DNA of 64,000 nt. Origin: Geosiphon pyriformis uo1 (lineage: Eukaryota > Fungi > Glomeromycota). Where the stretch lies: assembly GCA_016748015.1 (NCBI GenBank), contig JAAOMT010000436.1:940033-1004032 (forward strand), in the 5' to 3' direction. The notes beneath the pieces were generated by a model, which saw nothing but the letters and a program-made list of their open reading frames with translations, was not told where the DNA came from and ran no database searches. Below are positions 15,492 to 29,174 of the stretch, piece after piece; position 1 is the stretch's first letter, and each line of letters starts with the position of its first letter. A program made the translations under genes and the position numbers.

Positions 15492-18400
15492 TTAAAATGA
15501 TGATGGATCACGACTAGGTGGATAGGATAGTCCTGAACTCGCACTTTTATTGGGTCGATCCCATTGCTGTTGCGTGGATAGCTGTGAATGTTCGATTGTA
15601 TATCCCTCATGATTGTTCATTGATGACACAGCAAGTGACATTGAAGAACGACGAATATTATTAACCGATGAATTCTCATGCGTGTTCATTACGGGTATTG
15701 GACGTGGTATGCTCATAGTAGATGTTGGATTAGGTGGCAGGGAATTAGTGTTGAACTGAGATTGGAGCATTTGTTGATTCTGTAATGCTGATTGTCTTTG
15801 CTGATTGAGAGCTTGTGTATTATTTTGCGATATTAATTCCCCATTATTTGTGGCCAAAATTTCATTTCGATTCAGTGGGACTGCAAATGGTGTCGGTCTA
15901 TATATACCACCAAAGTTCACGCCAGACTGGGGATATATTAAACGAGGTTGGTTTGCAGTTGTGGCATGGGAGCGATCAAAAATCATTTTTTCTCCGGAGA
16001 TAGTGGGTACCGTAGCAGCTTGTCGTTGATGTTCTTGAATTTGTTGCATCCGCTGTTGATATGGTTGTAAATGCTGTTGCTGCTGTTGGTGTTGAAGCAA
16101 CGGTAATGAATTCCTTCGGTTCTGTTCTTGTTGTACCACTGGAAAAATTTGGTGATGCTGCTGTTGTGACTGTAGCAATTGGTCTTGTAATGGCGGAGAA
16201 GAGTGTTGTTTCCCGAATTGTTTCAGACGATGATGATGATGGTGTTGTTGTTGCATCAGCTGTGACAGCAATTGTGGTGAATGAGGTTGGGGTTGTACCA
16301 TTAACTGTTGTGGCGGCAATTGTACTAATTGTTGTTGCTGAGATTGTACAATTACTTGCTGCAATGCTCGTGAATGATCTATATAGGCTTGGGGATAAGA
16401 GTTTGGAGAGTGGGTTCCCTGTAAATTAGGATTCGTAGGCATCATACCATAAATGTGTTGGTTATTGAGAGTCTGAATTGTATTCATGTTTGTGGAGGCA
16501 GGGGGTGTATAATATGATAATTGAGGTCTTGAAGTTACAGATTGACGTCGTTGTTGGGTAGGTTGAGATTTTCGTAATTGTTCTTGTATTTGCTGCAAAT
16601 TGTAGGCAGGATATGTACTGTGAATATGTTGTTGCTGCAACTGTTGGGAATCTAATTGGACATTAGATGATCGACGACTAGATGAGGGCAAATGAATCTG
16701 ACTAATTTCTGAAGGAGATGCTTGGGGCAATGTATGATGAACAGCAGCGCTGAAAATTTCATTTTCATCAATGACAATTGAAGCAACGTCCACACCGCTG
16801 TTTGATCTGTTTGTGGTTACTTCATCCCTATAATTGCTTTGAAAATTTATTTGGCTTTGCTCTATGATACCTTGCTCCCCATCAAACCAAGCATCATCTA
16901 TAGTTTCGGTTTCTGTTATCGGATTCAACAAGTCCAAAATTGTCCTTTTTCCTTGAGGCGGGTTTGGATTTTCAATGACTACAACCGAACTTTCATTATT
17001 TGATGTCTCTGTTATTTCAGATATGTTATTACAATATTTTTGAATATGGTCTTACTATTTACAAAATCAGAAATTACCTTGAGGAATTTGAGTTATCACC
17101 GAACGATTAATATCTGTAGATGGTGAGGAAATGGGTGACAAATCTAGGGGGATATCTGCCGAGGAGTTGATCGGAGGACTGGTGGGAGGTAAATGGGCGG
17201 TTAGAGGTGTTTCTTCTTCGACGTACTCAGAATGAGGAACACTGATCTGTTGAGTTTCGTATGGGGTTTGCAGGGTATCACTAGAATCCGTACCGCATGC
17301 TGGTTCTGTGATTATGTCGAGCGAAGTTGGGGTTGTAGTTTCACCATCTTTTGTATCAATGTCCTCGAGTCGAGCTATTGGTTCTGGATCATCTAGGAGA
17401 TTTTGATTTCCAACACCTTTCATATAATAATTACGAACTTGATTGCTCGTTTTTGTTCCAAGGGCTTGGGCTATGCCGCTCCAATCTTTTTGATATAATT
17501 TAAGCAATTCTTCGTAACGTTCTTTTTCCTTTACTGACCAGTAGGATGAGTATCGGGGAGGTGTGTTTTTATCTTCACCTTTGCTTGAAGTTCGCGCAAA
17601 TCCTTCACTGGGAACATCAATCCCAATAGGTCCATTAGCCTCTTCTTCCAATTTCTCGTCATCGAGAACTTTACTCGTATCTTTTTTTGCACGAGTGTTC
17701 TTTCGTCTTTTCCCCTTTTCTTGTTCTTCATCGGCGGGTTTTGCCAATTTTGATTTTCGTTTGATTTTTATAATCTTGCTTTTTTTTGGAGCTATTGTAA
17801 ATTCTTCCTCACCGGGGGGAGGAGCACCAGGGGAGTCCTCAAGAAAACCAATCTCAGAACCATCATTGTTAATAGAAATATTTTCGGACAGATGGTTATA
17901 GTAATCCTCGCCCTCTTTTCGAGGCCTATCTACTTGGCTAGTGACCTCGGACATTGCAAACTGAAATAGAAACTGTTCATCTTCGCTCCATTCACCGTCA
18001 ATTGGGGGAGTAGATGATCTAGAGGTATGCTTCGGTGATTTCTCAATCAGTTCTACAGTATCAGTCTGCGACAGAGGATTTACGATTGGGGTATTTAAGT
18101 CTAGTGCCTGTGATTGCTCACATTCTCGGTTATCTTGAAAACCTTCGTTAAGATTGTTGAACCCTACCGGAAGATCAGGTGGTGCTAGCTGAACCTGCGA
18201 ACGAGATCCCTGTTGTAATTCTTGCTCATCATAGCTCAGATGGATTGGATTCTGAACTTCTTTTTGTCCTTCTAGCTTTTCGGTGAGCTCTGGATTTCGG
18301 ATATCATCTTTCTCCTTGGTTTTTCTGAGCGAGTTAGTGGTACTGCCGATATCATCTAAAAAAAAAGACGTTTTGTTTCTTTTACGAGTGCTCAATAGAT

Positions 18401-21400
18401 CTGGGGTTGGAGGGGAGGATGCGTTAGCTCCTGTTATGGTTCTACGACGTCCAGCCCCTTTACGTTTTTTGGCATTTCCTTTACCCGTAATCAATACTTT
18501 GAAGTCGATCTGTTTCTTTTTGTTGAGGTAATAGAATTCTACGCATTGATTAGTCGTTTTATTACCTATTAATTCGGCAATCTTTCCGAATTGCTTGGGG
18601 TATTCAGCATACACACTTTTAAACAACTCAATTTCTTCTGGGGTCCATTCTGCCGTTGCCTCCCGCCCAACAGAATAAAATAGGTCGGCATTTAAAACCA
18701 GTCTATTTCGGTCATCAAATGTCAAATTTTCACGTAAAAAATTTTCAATTATCATTGGTGGTATTGTAGCCAAGGTTCGACGAGCACGTTTTTCGGGATT
18801 TCGTAATTCAGCGGCTTCGAGATCTTTAATAACTTCGGTTAGTTCTGCCTCTGACCTAACGGCATCACCACGGCGGTAGACCCTATTTACCATAGCAGTT
18901 CGATTAATAGCTTTATCTTCAGTAGAGGGCCCTGCAATGGTTTCTGACTTATCGAATTTCTTCTTTTTTTCGTTCAACTTCTGAAGTTTCTCGTTTTTTT
19001 GCGTCCAGCTTTCATATAGCAATTTGTATTGACGTTTAAGAGCCAATTCTTTTTTTTCAAGGTCATTGTTTTTTTCAAGATACTTGGTTATAATATTTGG
19101 CCGTAAAAGAGCGTGATCAATCATATTTTTTCTGTAAACAGGATAATCATTCAGAGTATAAAATATTTGAGTTATTTCTATGGGGCAATCATTTTCCTGG
19201 GACAGTATACGGTTTTCATTGTAAATTAATTCCCATAGAGACAGGCTTCTTTTTCCAGAGTCTGGTGGAAGCTTTTTCTTTTCTCGAAGCGAGTCATCTT
19301 TGGAATGAATATGATTTTCCTGATTCTCATAGCTCTCCATATTTTCTATACTGTTTTGACGAGTCAGACGCTTCACTGAACATGACTTATCTGCGATATC
19401 TGTAGATTTAGCCCTGTTATTTCCACCTTTCAAACTATTTGTTAAATCGCGGATATTGCTATCAGAATTAGTGTCACTTTCCTGACCCATGAGCAAATTT
19501 TTATTGAAAGGAGTTGAAGAACTCGATTTTTCCCGCGGTTTCTTTTTTTCCTTTTCAGTTGTTTTAGAATCCTTTTTGTTATGTTCCGATATGGGTTCTT
19601 TGTTTTCAATTGTCTTTAGGAAACCTTGATATATAGAAATATCTTCTTCTACTTTTTCAATAATTTGATCAAAATCAACACGTTCGCTCATCTCCTCGTC
19701 GGTAACATCTATTCGTTGAAGGGCATTTGACGCAATTGAAGTGTTTACAAGATGATTTGAAACAAAAATATCAGTTTCTTGATTTTCACAATTTTCTTGC
19801 TGACTGGTAGAGATCCCATGCTCAACGATTACCCCTTCTTCACTACGATGAGGTATAATTTCAGACGAATTATTCTCGACTATCAACGTATTCTCATTGT
19901 TATGTGCTGGATTATCTGCATCATCGTTTATTTTATGAAGCATAGGTTGCTTTTCATTAATGTCTGCAGAATAGGCAGGAGAAGTTGCTGGAAGCAAATT
20001 GATTGTATCAGAAGTGACTACGACAGTTTCTTCCACAATTTCTTCTTCTTCTTCTTCTTCTTCTTCAACACCACTTTGTAGTTGCAATTCCTTATCAAGA
20101 TGAATTTCGGGAGATTTATTGCCTTGCGATTGCATATATTGATTCGAGTCGGGATCATTCTCATTAATTTGGTCATTTAATTCACTTGGTAAAGCTTCCT
20201 GTTCTCTGGGGCTCAAAACAATCTCTAAACTTCGGTCAGATTCATTGTTTGAATTATCCATGGAATCATTTAAAAATTCATTTGGCACTTCTGACCTTTC
20301 TGTTGCAGCATTACCTCCTTCAATGCTGTGCCAGCCAGTCCAGCCACCTCTATCATTACTATTTTTCATCCCTGTTCGCTTGATATTTTTTTCTTCGTTT
20401 GTATTTTCTTCCGGTTCTAGAGAATTCCTCAAACAAACCTCCCTCACAAACTCTACATCATCGTGCATGGCAATGCTTCGGGCTTTAGTGGTAAGAGAAT
20501 CTCGTCTGGTAGTGTTTTGATCGTCTGCATGACCAGTTTCAGATGCGATATCTTCACCTTCCTCAAGTTCAAGCCTTGTTTCTTCTCCAGTTTCATTATT
20601 CTTTTCTGAGAGCTTAGGAATATAAAATTTAAGAGTAGGTTTGGAAGATAACCTTTCTAAATCTGGTCGATGGGGAGATGATTCTCTAGAAGTGCCTACT
20701 AATTGCTTAGGCTGTGGACTCGATGAACGAGATGTCGAGGTATTGAGTGATCTTGGTCGACGATTAACGGGTGGAGGAGATCTACTCGAATTGGATGATC
20801 GACTAGATGAGGAGGTTGATCTTCTGTTATGACGTGAGCCTCGCTCCCGCCAATGATTATGTCGAGCAGCTAGAGATAGAATTTTGCCACTTTTCTCTGA
20901 ATCAGCTGAATTCCCTCTTGAAATATTCTTATCAAAGCGATGGTTGAGATAGTCGTCTTTACTTTTATCTGTATAGCTACCAGAACGACGATATAGGTCT
21001 TCTTTGATATCCCAATCTCTGTATCGATGTCTAGGGTACTCTCTTTCACGATAAAAAAATTCATGACCTTCACGTTCATAATGGGAAGGTGGGATATTAT
21101 TCGTTCTGTACATTAGAGGATCTCGAAATTCTCGATGACTAAAAAAAAATTTATTGCAGAAAAATTTATTTGCAAGGAAGTTGATTTATAAATAACTGTT
21201 TTATGAAAATAACTTACACCTCTCGACCTCGTTCACCACGCTCTCTCTCTTTGTCTCTTTCCCTATCCCGATATTCTCTTTCACGATCTCGTTCCCTTTC
21301 ACGCTCTCTTTCTCTGGAAAATGGACTGCCTCTGGCCCAATTATCTCGTTCATCGTATCGATACATAAATTCCCGACTACTATTAATAGTATTGTTGTTA

Positions 21401-22180
21401 CTGCTGCTACCATTGTTGTTGTCATTGAAAGAGCTTCCTGAACCTGATTGATAATATTCACGGTGCCCTCCAATACCCTGACCCGAACTAAATTGTGGGT
21501 TGTTTCCAGGACGAAATCTAGATTCTCTCGATGAAATGAATCGCTCGCCTGCGTATTTCCGCTAATAGTTCAGAAAAATTTTGAACACAGCCGGAACGAG
21601 AAAAGCATCCATTTAATAAAATATTTTTATTTAAAAAGCTTTTTTCCTCTAACCTCACGATCATTCATCAGAAATCCAACATCGATATCGGGATTGTTAT
21701 TTCGTATTATTCCATTTACAAGTCCTCGACGTTCGCCAAAAGGCCCACTCATGCCAATTCCTTGAGAGGATCTATCCATGTCTTCGTAATCAACAGGAGA
21801 ACGTTGCCTATTACTATTCCGTGAAAAGGGAGCTCCTCGGGGAATTTGTAGCGGTGGGTGTTCTTGTGAGAAGTAAGGACGATCACGATCATCGCTACAA
21901 ACAGTATATGATGAGTAAACCCTTTTTTGCTAAGAAATTATTTTTCTTTATTTTTTTTTCGATAGTTATCGCTGCTGCTAAGCCCTAACTTTGAAGGAAT
22001 CTTAAACTTTGGGTAGAGCTAGTTATTATTTTGAACGGAGTTTTACTCATGGAACTGGTTAAATTTGACAAAAACGTACCGGTCACGAGAAAGTCCCCGT
22101 CTAAACCTTTCTTCACGCCTTTCCCTCTCCTCACGTTCACGACGATTAGGCGGAAAATTATCTACAAAGGGGTCGCCCAT
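15492..22180 (-). CDS. SNT1: Snt1/NCoR-like SANT-domain corepressor (Set3C/HDAC3 complex subunit), 5 exons, ~2087 aa
   Basis: Exons 22180-22080, 21894-21654, 21561-21218, 21138-17078, 17008-15492 (6264 nt, frame-consistent). GDAVRSEAE...ATIPPM precedes SANT1 WTPEEIELF...PKQFGKIA...QCVEFYYLNKK. SANT2 is SSYWSVKE...DWSGIA...KTSNQVRNYY. Confidence 0.85.
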
Positions 22181-22973
22181 TAGAATAAAATGTAGAGAGA
22201 GCAAGAGAAGATTTAATTTTACAGTTCAATAATCGTTGATTGTTGTCGAGGGACATAATACAAATACGCATTGAGGAATTCATTGAACCGGGGGGCTGGG
22301 GATTTTTAGCTGCGGTGAGTGGCACTCATCTACGCACATTTCAGATAACAGATAACAGATAAGCTATTGTAAATGAAATATTTGTTCTGTGGTAAAAAAG
22401 ATTTTGCATAAAATCACACTGTCAATGAGAATTACGAATAACGTATTTTTAAGTTGATTCGAAGTATTGCAAATTTTATCACAATAGCTGATGGCCAAAA
22501 AATAAACTTGAAGAAGGGCCACACAAAATGTAAATATTGTGTGTAAATAGCATTACTAATCGTGAGACACTAGCACATTAGACTTTAACACAGGTTTTAA
22601 GTCTAGTAAATAAGCTCAGATCGACGATATTTTTGACACAATTATTGTAGCAACGCATATTTTTTTTCTTGGCCGCAGTGGATGGAAATGAATCTGACCT
22701 ATTTTATTAAGCCCCTACTTATGCTTTTATTTTGTTTTTCAAATAATCGCGAATATTCCGAATGTTATCGTTGGGTTAAAAATACAATGGAATATGTATC
22801 AAAAAACTTGAATCCAAAACAAATACATATCTGTTGCGTACATAAAAAATATTTACAAATAATTAGCTGATTATGGAATTTGGATGTTTAACCAAAATTT
22901 AGATTATCTTCTTTGTGTGATGGTCAAGCCGTTCCCCATTAATCAGTTACTTCACGAGTCCCTTCCACTCAAA

Positions 22974-24908
22974 TCAATGATCCATGAATGAAGCTGGAAC
23001 ACTTTTGGCAATGTTAACATATTCGTTGATTCGTTTAACACCGTCGAGCCCATACCAGAACATCCTCCAATGAGTTCCAGGGACTTTAATATTTCCATCG
23101 GATCTTTCAAAGTACCTGTTGCATTAGAAAGGAAAAGAAATTTAATTTAAATCCGACATTATGATCAAGCGGAAAAGTTACTACTTCTTACCATTTATTT
23201 ACCCGATTATCGTCTCGTGATCTCCACATAAGATTCGGATATTTGAGTTGTATTTGTTTCCATAGAATATCCGCAACACCAATACCTTGACTGCTAGGTG
23301 CGACTACAAATTTATCCAAATAAGGCACATCACCTATCAGAGAAGTATTGGCGGATTCCATATTAATCACTGCTGCTCCCTGATAATCCCCAGTGATGAT
23401 AATGGTATCAAGAGATTTTTCCATTCTTGAAATATATTTCTCAAAATTCAATTTTCGGCCAAAAGAAGCCTCAATAAGTGAACGAAAAGCAGGCAAGTTA
23501 ATTTTGGCAAAGGAATTACTAGAAATGACTTTGAGGCCGGCCCTTAGTACAGTAGTGGTAGTCGATCGAGTTATCGACGTCGATATAGGCAAAGATGAAG
23601 AGAGTAAAGGTTTATCGGTGATAAGATTAAATATTAAACCGGTTGAGGCATAGGCAGGAACGATGATCCCTGAAGTGGTAGATGGTAGACGTTCCAAACA
23701 GGTTTTCATCATTTCTAAGCTCTCAAGTCCAGTTGGATGCGTGATACTCCATTGAGGATTAACTTTATAGCTCTCTTTTATTTTTTGATAATCCTCTTGA
23801 ATATTGATAAAGACGTGTGATCCATATCTCTCATCTGAAGGTATTCCACCTTCAGAATTGATAACAACTATCTTCATAAGCTCCAGTCCGAGTGTCTTCA
23901 AGGAATTCTCATCTAGTAAATGAGAAAATGCGTCTGATAGGGCAATCATAACGGTATTCGATTTCACTGCGTGCTGAGCCGAATATTCATCGACAATAAT
24001 GGGAAGAATGAGGGGAATTTGACCAAGTTTTAGCGATGACTTTAGCCAATTCATAGACACACTTATTTGTCCCAGGTCCGAATTGCCTGTCGTTTGCAAT
24101 TTATCGTGCACCTCATTGGCAGACAGAGGTTTATTTTTTATAGTGAAAACACCATTATAAATTGGGGTGGCTCTGCCACCAGCCTTTTCAACGGCCTCAC
24201 TGACCATTCCAGCTTCCTCAATCATTCTCTGTTGCAATTTATAAAAATTTCTTGGCCCTTCCAACATCATATCTTTCCATTCCTCATTTCCTAGCACCAC
24301 AATTGACATTAGCCCTAAACGCTGCAAATTAACCAAAGTTTTCGCAACATACTTATGATTGAGTTCAGTGAGAGGACATTGTATCTTGATCAAGGCAATA
24401 TGATCAATTTGAGGTGTGAACAATGAGTCGACAAATTGAACTTTATTAGCATGTTCTTCAAAACGGCGTGATAATTGAAGAGTCATTTCCGCTTGTTCAT
24501 CCTGGTGCTCTTGATTAGATTTGTTTTTTTGCAATGAAGGCTGTGCCTCTTCTTTGGGTGGTTCAGGGACATTAAATCTTTTAACAAATGATCGGGCTTC
24601 TCTTTGGCTTGGGATTGTTCTTAGAACGCTCCATAAGAGATCCTAGGACGTAAATTGAAATGTCATAATTCAGAGTGATAAAGGAAGAATTCTCAGTCGG
24701 TTTCTCGTTCCTTTCTTAATCACATCTGACGACTTATGCGATCGGCGTTCAATGCAGGTGTAATGGGTATTCAACTGTACTTAAGGAGGGCGCAAGATTT
24801 TTTTAAGAATCATTGAGGCAAAATAATATTATGATAAAGTACTCTAGAAGAATGAAATAGCCTCTTGGAAATTTTCACCGAGAACGAAAAAGCTTTTAAG
24901 CTTTCCAT
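22974..24908 (-). CDS. ARG2: Mitochondrial amino-acid (N-acetylglutamate) acetyltransferase, NAGS
   Basis: REARSFVKRF, GGIP, HVFINI, NLITDKP, YLDKFVV...QGIGVADILW, WRSR...NKW|YFERSDG. Last exon 23116-22974. The 5' exons (ATG 24908, presequence-like KRLFHSSR) are less certain. Confidence 0.88.
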
Positions 24909-25389
24909 TAGGATTAAGAAAATTATTGATTTTTCCCAATTTATAGATTCCGCTATTATACTATTCTCTGGTCAAAATTTACTTACACTAGAAACAAACT
25001 TTGACGCATGATATCGCCGGGACCAGCATTTTATGTTGGAAAAAAGCTTTGGTTCAGGCCGCAGAATCGCAAAAGAAACTGGCATTGAAAAGATAGTCGT
25101 CTAAGTAATAAAGTGAAACATGTTAATAGAAATAAATAAATAGAAAAGCCTGATGGGATCTTTTTTTTGATTGTGAAACGAAATTTTCTTTATTTGTCCG
25201 TCATCAGAAGGAAACGTGTTAAAATTTCTTTTTAAAGGCAGACTAAAAATGGATCCTTTTGTCTGCAATACTATTAATTATATTATTTTCAAAATCAAAA
25301 TGAAACCCATTGTTGCCGTTTGTTTGAGCAATTATCATGTTGTGTAACAAACAGGCAATACCCCTAAAGTAATATTGAACGTAACGAAT

Positions 25390-27824
25390 TTAGAGAAAAT
25401 CGGTTTTTATGTTACTGCTGTTTCCGTTTTCCATTATTTGTGTTTGCTTTTTCGAAATCAGATGCCGCATGCTTTAACGAGTTGGTAAAAGGTGTCAACA
25501 TCTGTAAAATAATTCAAATTGTTAGTAGATCTTGGCCAGAAAAACCGAATTTTTACCGTCGGATGTGTGACATACACTTTGAACTCGATCATTTTGTTCT
25601 CCAGCGTTTTCCAATAATTTATCAATCCTTTCCAACATCATTTTTATTTGCTCGTACATTTTGCCATTTTTCTCCTTTTTCTCAGGTGCGCTCTGCCCTC
25701 GTGTCGCCCAATAATGACGCAAAAACTCTTTACCCGTTGAGTGAATATTTTGAACTTGAGTCTCAATATCGGGTGATAGATCAAAGGCTATCAAGTGTTA
25801 ATCAGTACTTTTTGGATTTTGAAGCGACAGGTAGAACAATTCCTTTCTTAATTTACCCGAATTGGTCATACTGGCTTTCTTCATATTCTTGGCTTTGATT
25901 CTCTTGTTCAAAATTGAGTTCACCTGGGATTCTAGATTTTGACCCAATGGTAACTTAAAAAATATTTGAAAGCGGCAAGCAAGATTTGTATTCTGGTTTC
26001 TAGTAATTTTCGGTGATAGTTGATGAGTATTAGCAAATTCACTTACGCTTTTTAAATCTGGTTCCCATTGGGCTATTTTACTACTCATATCCCTCAGAAT
26101 TTGTTTCCTTGACTGTGAACAAAAAAGTTATTGAGATGACTTTTTAATCAGAGAACGGGGGATTCGGATTACCTGTTCTTCAATTTGGGTGATTTCGTCA
26201 CGATTTGAATTCTCTGGGGTTATGTAACTTTGAAAGTATTTTGTCTGATCTTCAATAGCCAACTTTTTTTTTTCTGCTTTCTTTACTTCATCTAATTCTT
26301 CCATTAAAATATCCTGTTTATGATTTTCGGTCCGTGACTTGGATCCCGCTCTGGATCAAAAAAGTAACCAATTATGAATAAGGAAAATTTAACAAAATTA
26401 ATTCAAGGCGAGAAACAAACCCAATCGATTTCAAAATTCTTTCCCCGTGGCGATTGAATTGTCGGAGTATAGGAAGGCTCTTGCCATGTCCAGGTCTCAT
26501 AGTGATATCGGGTGCAATTCCCGTCTATTTATATGAGCAAAGAGAAAAGCTGTTTTCCGAATAATTCCATTGGATAATTTGCCGTTTCTTACCTCCCCAT
26601 GATCTTCCTGTGTCGCCGAAAGATCCATCAAGCTAAAAATATGATCGGTCTTTAGCCGCTTAGGACCATGAATTAATTCTTGATATGAATGAAAATAAAC
26701 AAAACTTGAGGTCAATATTACAGATGTAAAAATAGCAATATTCAAATGTAAACCTTCTTCATCTTCTTGAAAGCAAGAATCAAATAAGTCATCTTTAGAT
26801 CCATTTTGTTTTATGCCAGTCCGATTTCGATGGAAGTATTTGGAGGCATAGAAACCCCTCCAAAAATCCTCAGAAGATATCTTGTGGTTTTCATTAAATT
26901 TTTTTTTTTTTGAGAGGGGGGGATGTGGGAGTAGGAATTTTAATTATGAAATATGATTTTGACAATGTACAAGACTTTTAATTAGTTATATACTTCATGG
27001 GGAACTTTTTGGGTGTAGGCTTTTTTTATAGACGGATATTGCTCGAAAATGTTATCGATAGTCTGAGGGGTGATTTTTATTTTCATTTCACCACTTTCCT
27101 CCGTAGTTGGTTGTAAATCTGGAACTTTGGATGATCTTCCTCTCTTTTGAGCGTCTTTAGCTTTTTGGTCTCGTAACAAATTCTAAAAGAATACAGAAAT
27201 TAAAGACTGAAGTATAAAAGCAGGAGTCGAAAAAAATAATGTTACTTGACGAGGTTCCCAAAAGTCTTCTTCGGAAATCTTATTACCAACAACCAATTCC
27301 TGATGAAGAGCTGCAAGGTCTGCATTGCGAGATAGCAAAGCCAAACGTTGATTGATCTCTTCCTTTGAAATGGGTGGTGCTGGTTTACGAATAGGTAGTG
27401 GTGAAGATGCACCTGAAGCCGGTGATATGGCGTTGGGTGCTGTACGTTTCGCGAATAACCAGTCCTCTCTGAATTTTGATACAATATTTTTGGCATTTTT
27501 CGAGGTAAGTTCAAGAGTTCCCGACAAATTTTGATTGGTTTTTTTGTCGAAATATTCAAGCTTCACTCTTTGAGCTGTTTTGACCGAAACGTATAGTTCT
27601 AGAAATGCCAAATAAAACTTTCAACATATTTTCCACCATCTAAGCGAAAGTAAAACAGTTTTCAGCCTACTGTCGATTTCAACCAATGAAAGATTCAGAC
27701 TAGGTTTATCCGCTTTGTCGGTTTTCCAAAAGATGCGTTTATTGGTAAGGGTAAATGTTCCACTTTGATTTTGAAATATTCCTGGACTTTGTAGTTTCTG
27801 CTGTGGTTGTGAAGTCGATGTCAT
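25390..27824 (-). CDS. TFB1: TFIIH p62 subunit (PH + BSD domains), multi-exon
   Basis: N-terminal PH-like exon. BSD motifs LAALHQELV...ISEEDFW and IFEQYPSIKKAY...VPHE|ISSEDFW. Also DLSATQEDHG and EFLRHYW. Stop TAA at 25390. Confidence 0.9.
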
Positions 27825-27927
27825 AGTTAAAAACTCGAAGGGATGCTAGGGTTCAATGATCCATTTATTATCTATAAGCTATGGGGGTGGTGGCACAATT
27901 TATGATGAAATTGAGCAATTTGGAGTT

Positions 27928-29174
27928 ATGTCGCGTCTCCTCCAACTTAGTTCAATTTCCATATACTGGCAGAAAAACCTAATCTTGTCAAAATCACTTC
28001 TAAAACCCTCATTATTTTCTCCGTTTTATTACACCTTAAATGGAAAATCTCTCACTACATCAGTTAATCTTCCCGAAACCACACCTGCAACAAAGATCCT
28101 TCCACAGGTCATTCTTATGAAACCCCACGTTTCCCCTCTCTCAACTAATGATTACAAAGAACTCTTTATAAAAAAAACAAACCAAAATCTAAAACCAAAA
28201 ACAGTTTCTTACTTTACAGGATCCCCATTTTTTAATGACTTACTGATACAGTTGAACGATCTTATTCACAAATATAAAAATCACCCAGCAGTGATGATTG
28301 ATAAAAAGAGTGCTAAAACAACTCTATGGAAACTGAGACACACTTTAAATGATGAGCTTGATCTCCACCTCAAACCAAATGATTATCGCAAAATTGTGTT
28401 AAAATTGAATCGATTAGATAAAATTATACCACGAACTGCCCCCAAAGTTCGGGAATTTTTAAAATATTTTCAGAGAGATCCTTTTGGAAAAAGCGCGCTT
28501 CATTCTGGTGAAAATTTGCAAGATGGTGAGGAGGGCTTTGATCCTCAGCAACAATTTAACGTTAAGAAAGAAAGACAACTTGATAAGTATGGAAGGTCTT
28601 ATGCGGTTGGTAGGAGGAAAGAAGCTTCTGCACAGGTTTATCTGATTAAAGGGAATGGGCAAGTAATAGTGAATGGGAAACCTTTAGCCGATTATTTTCG
28701 AAAACTACAAGATCGTGAATCCATTTTGTATCCTTTTGAAGTTACTCGCTCTTTAGGGGATTATAATGTTTTTGCACGTGTTAGGGGTGGAGGGACTACA
28801 GGTAGATCAAGAAATTTTGTTGATGATTATTTAATTTTTCAGGTGATCAAAATTTTTATTGAATAGGTCAATCTGGAGCAATTACGCATGGAATTACAAA
28901 ATGTCTGCTCATTCATAATTCAGAACTCAAACCAATCTTGCGAAAAGGTGAATTTGACGAAATTTTTTGATTTAAATCAATAGACTCACCTAACAATATA
29001 TTTTCTTTATACCAGCTAAACTCGTGGCACATGATTCTCGTAGAGTTGAACGCAAGAAACCTGGTCGAGCCAAAGCAAGGAAAGGATACACCTGGTTAGT
29101 GATGATTTATTATATCCAAATTTTTTTACGTCATCATTAATGTTATTACGAATATGAATAGGGTTAAACGATAA
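27928..29174 (+). CDS. MRPS9: Mitochondrial small-subunit ribosomal protein uS9m, 4 exons
   Basis: Exons ~27928-28801, 28867-28947, 29015-29094, 29162-29174. Motifs AVGRRKEASAQV, GGGTTG|QSGAITHGI, DSRRVERKKPGRAKARKGYTW|VKR. An in-frame upstream ATG at 27856 is possible. Confidence 0.93.

Noticed and set aside
16061-16429. Val/Ala-rich + strand ORF and other short ORFs overlapping 15.5-21.5 kb
   Set aside because: Shadow frames of the poly-Q and charged tracts of the SNT1-like gene.
24730-24750. Non-canonical AT donor (CGC|ATAAGT) in ARG2 giving ...NADR-DLLW
   Set aside because: That frame has an upstream stop and no acceptor; a canonical GT-AG model exists.
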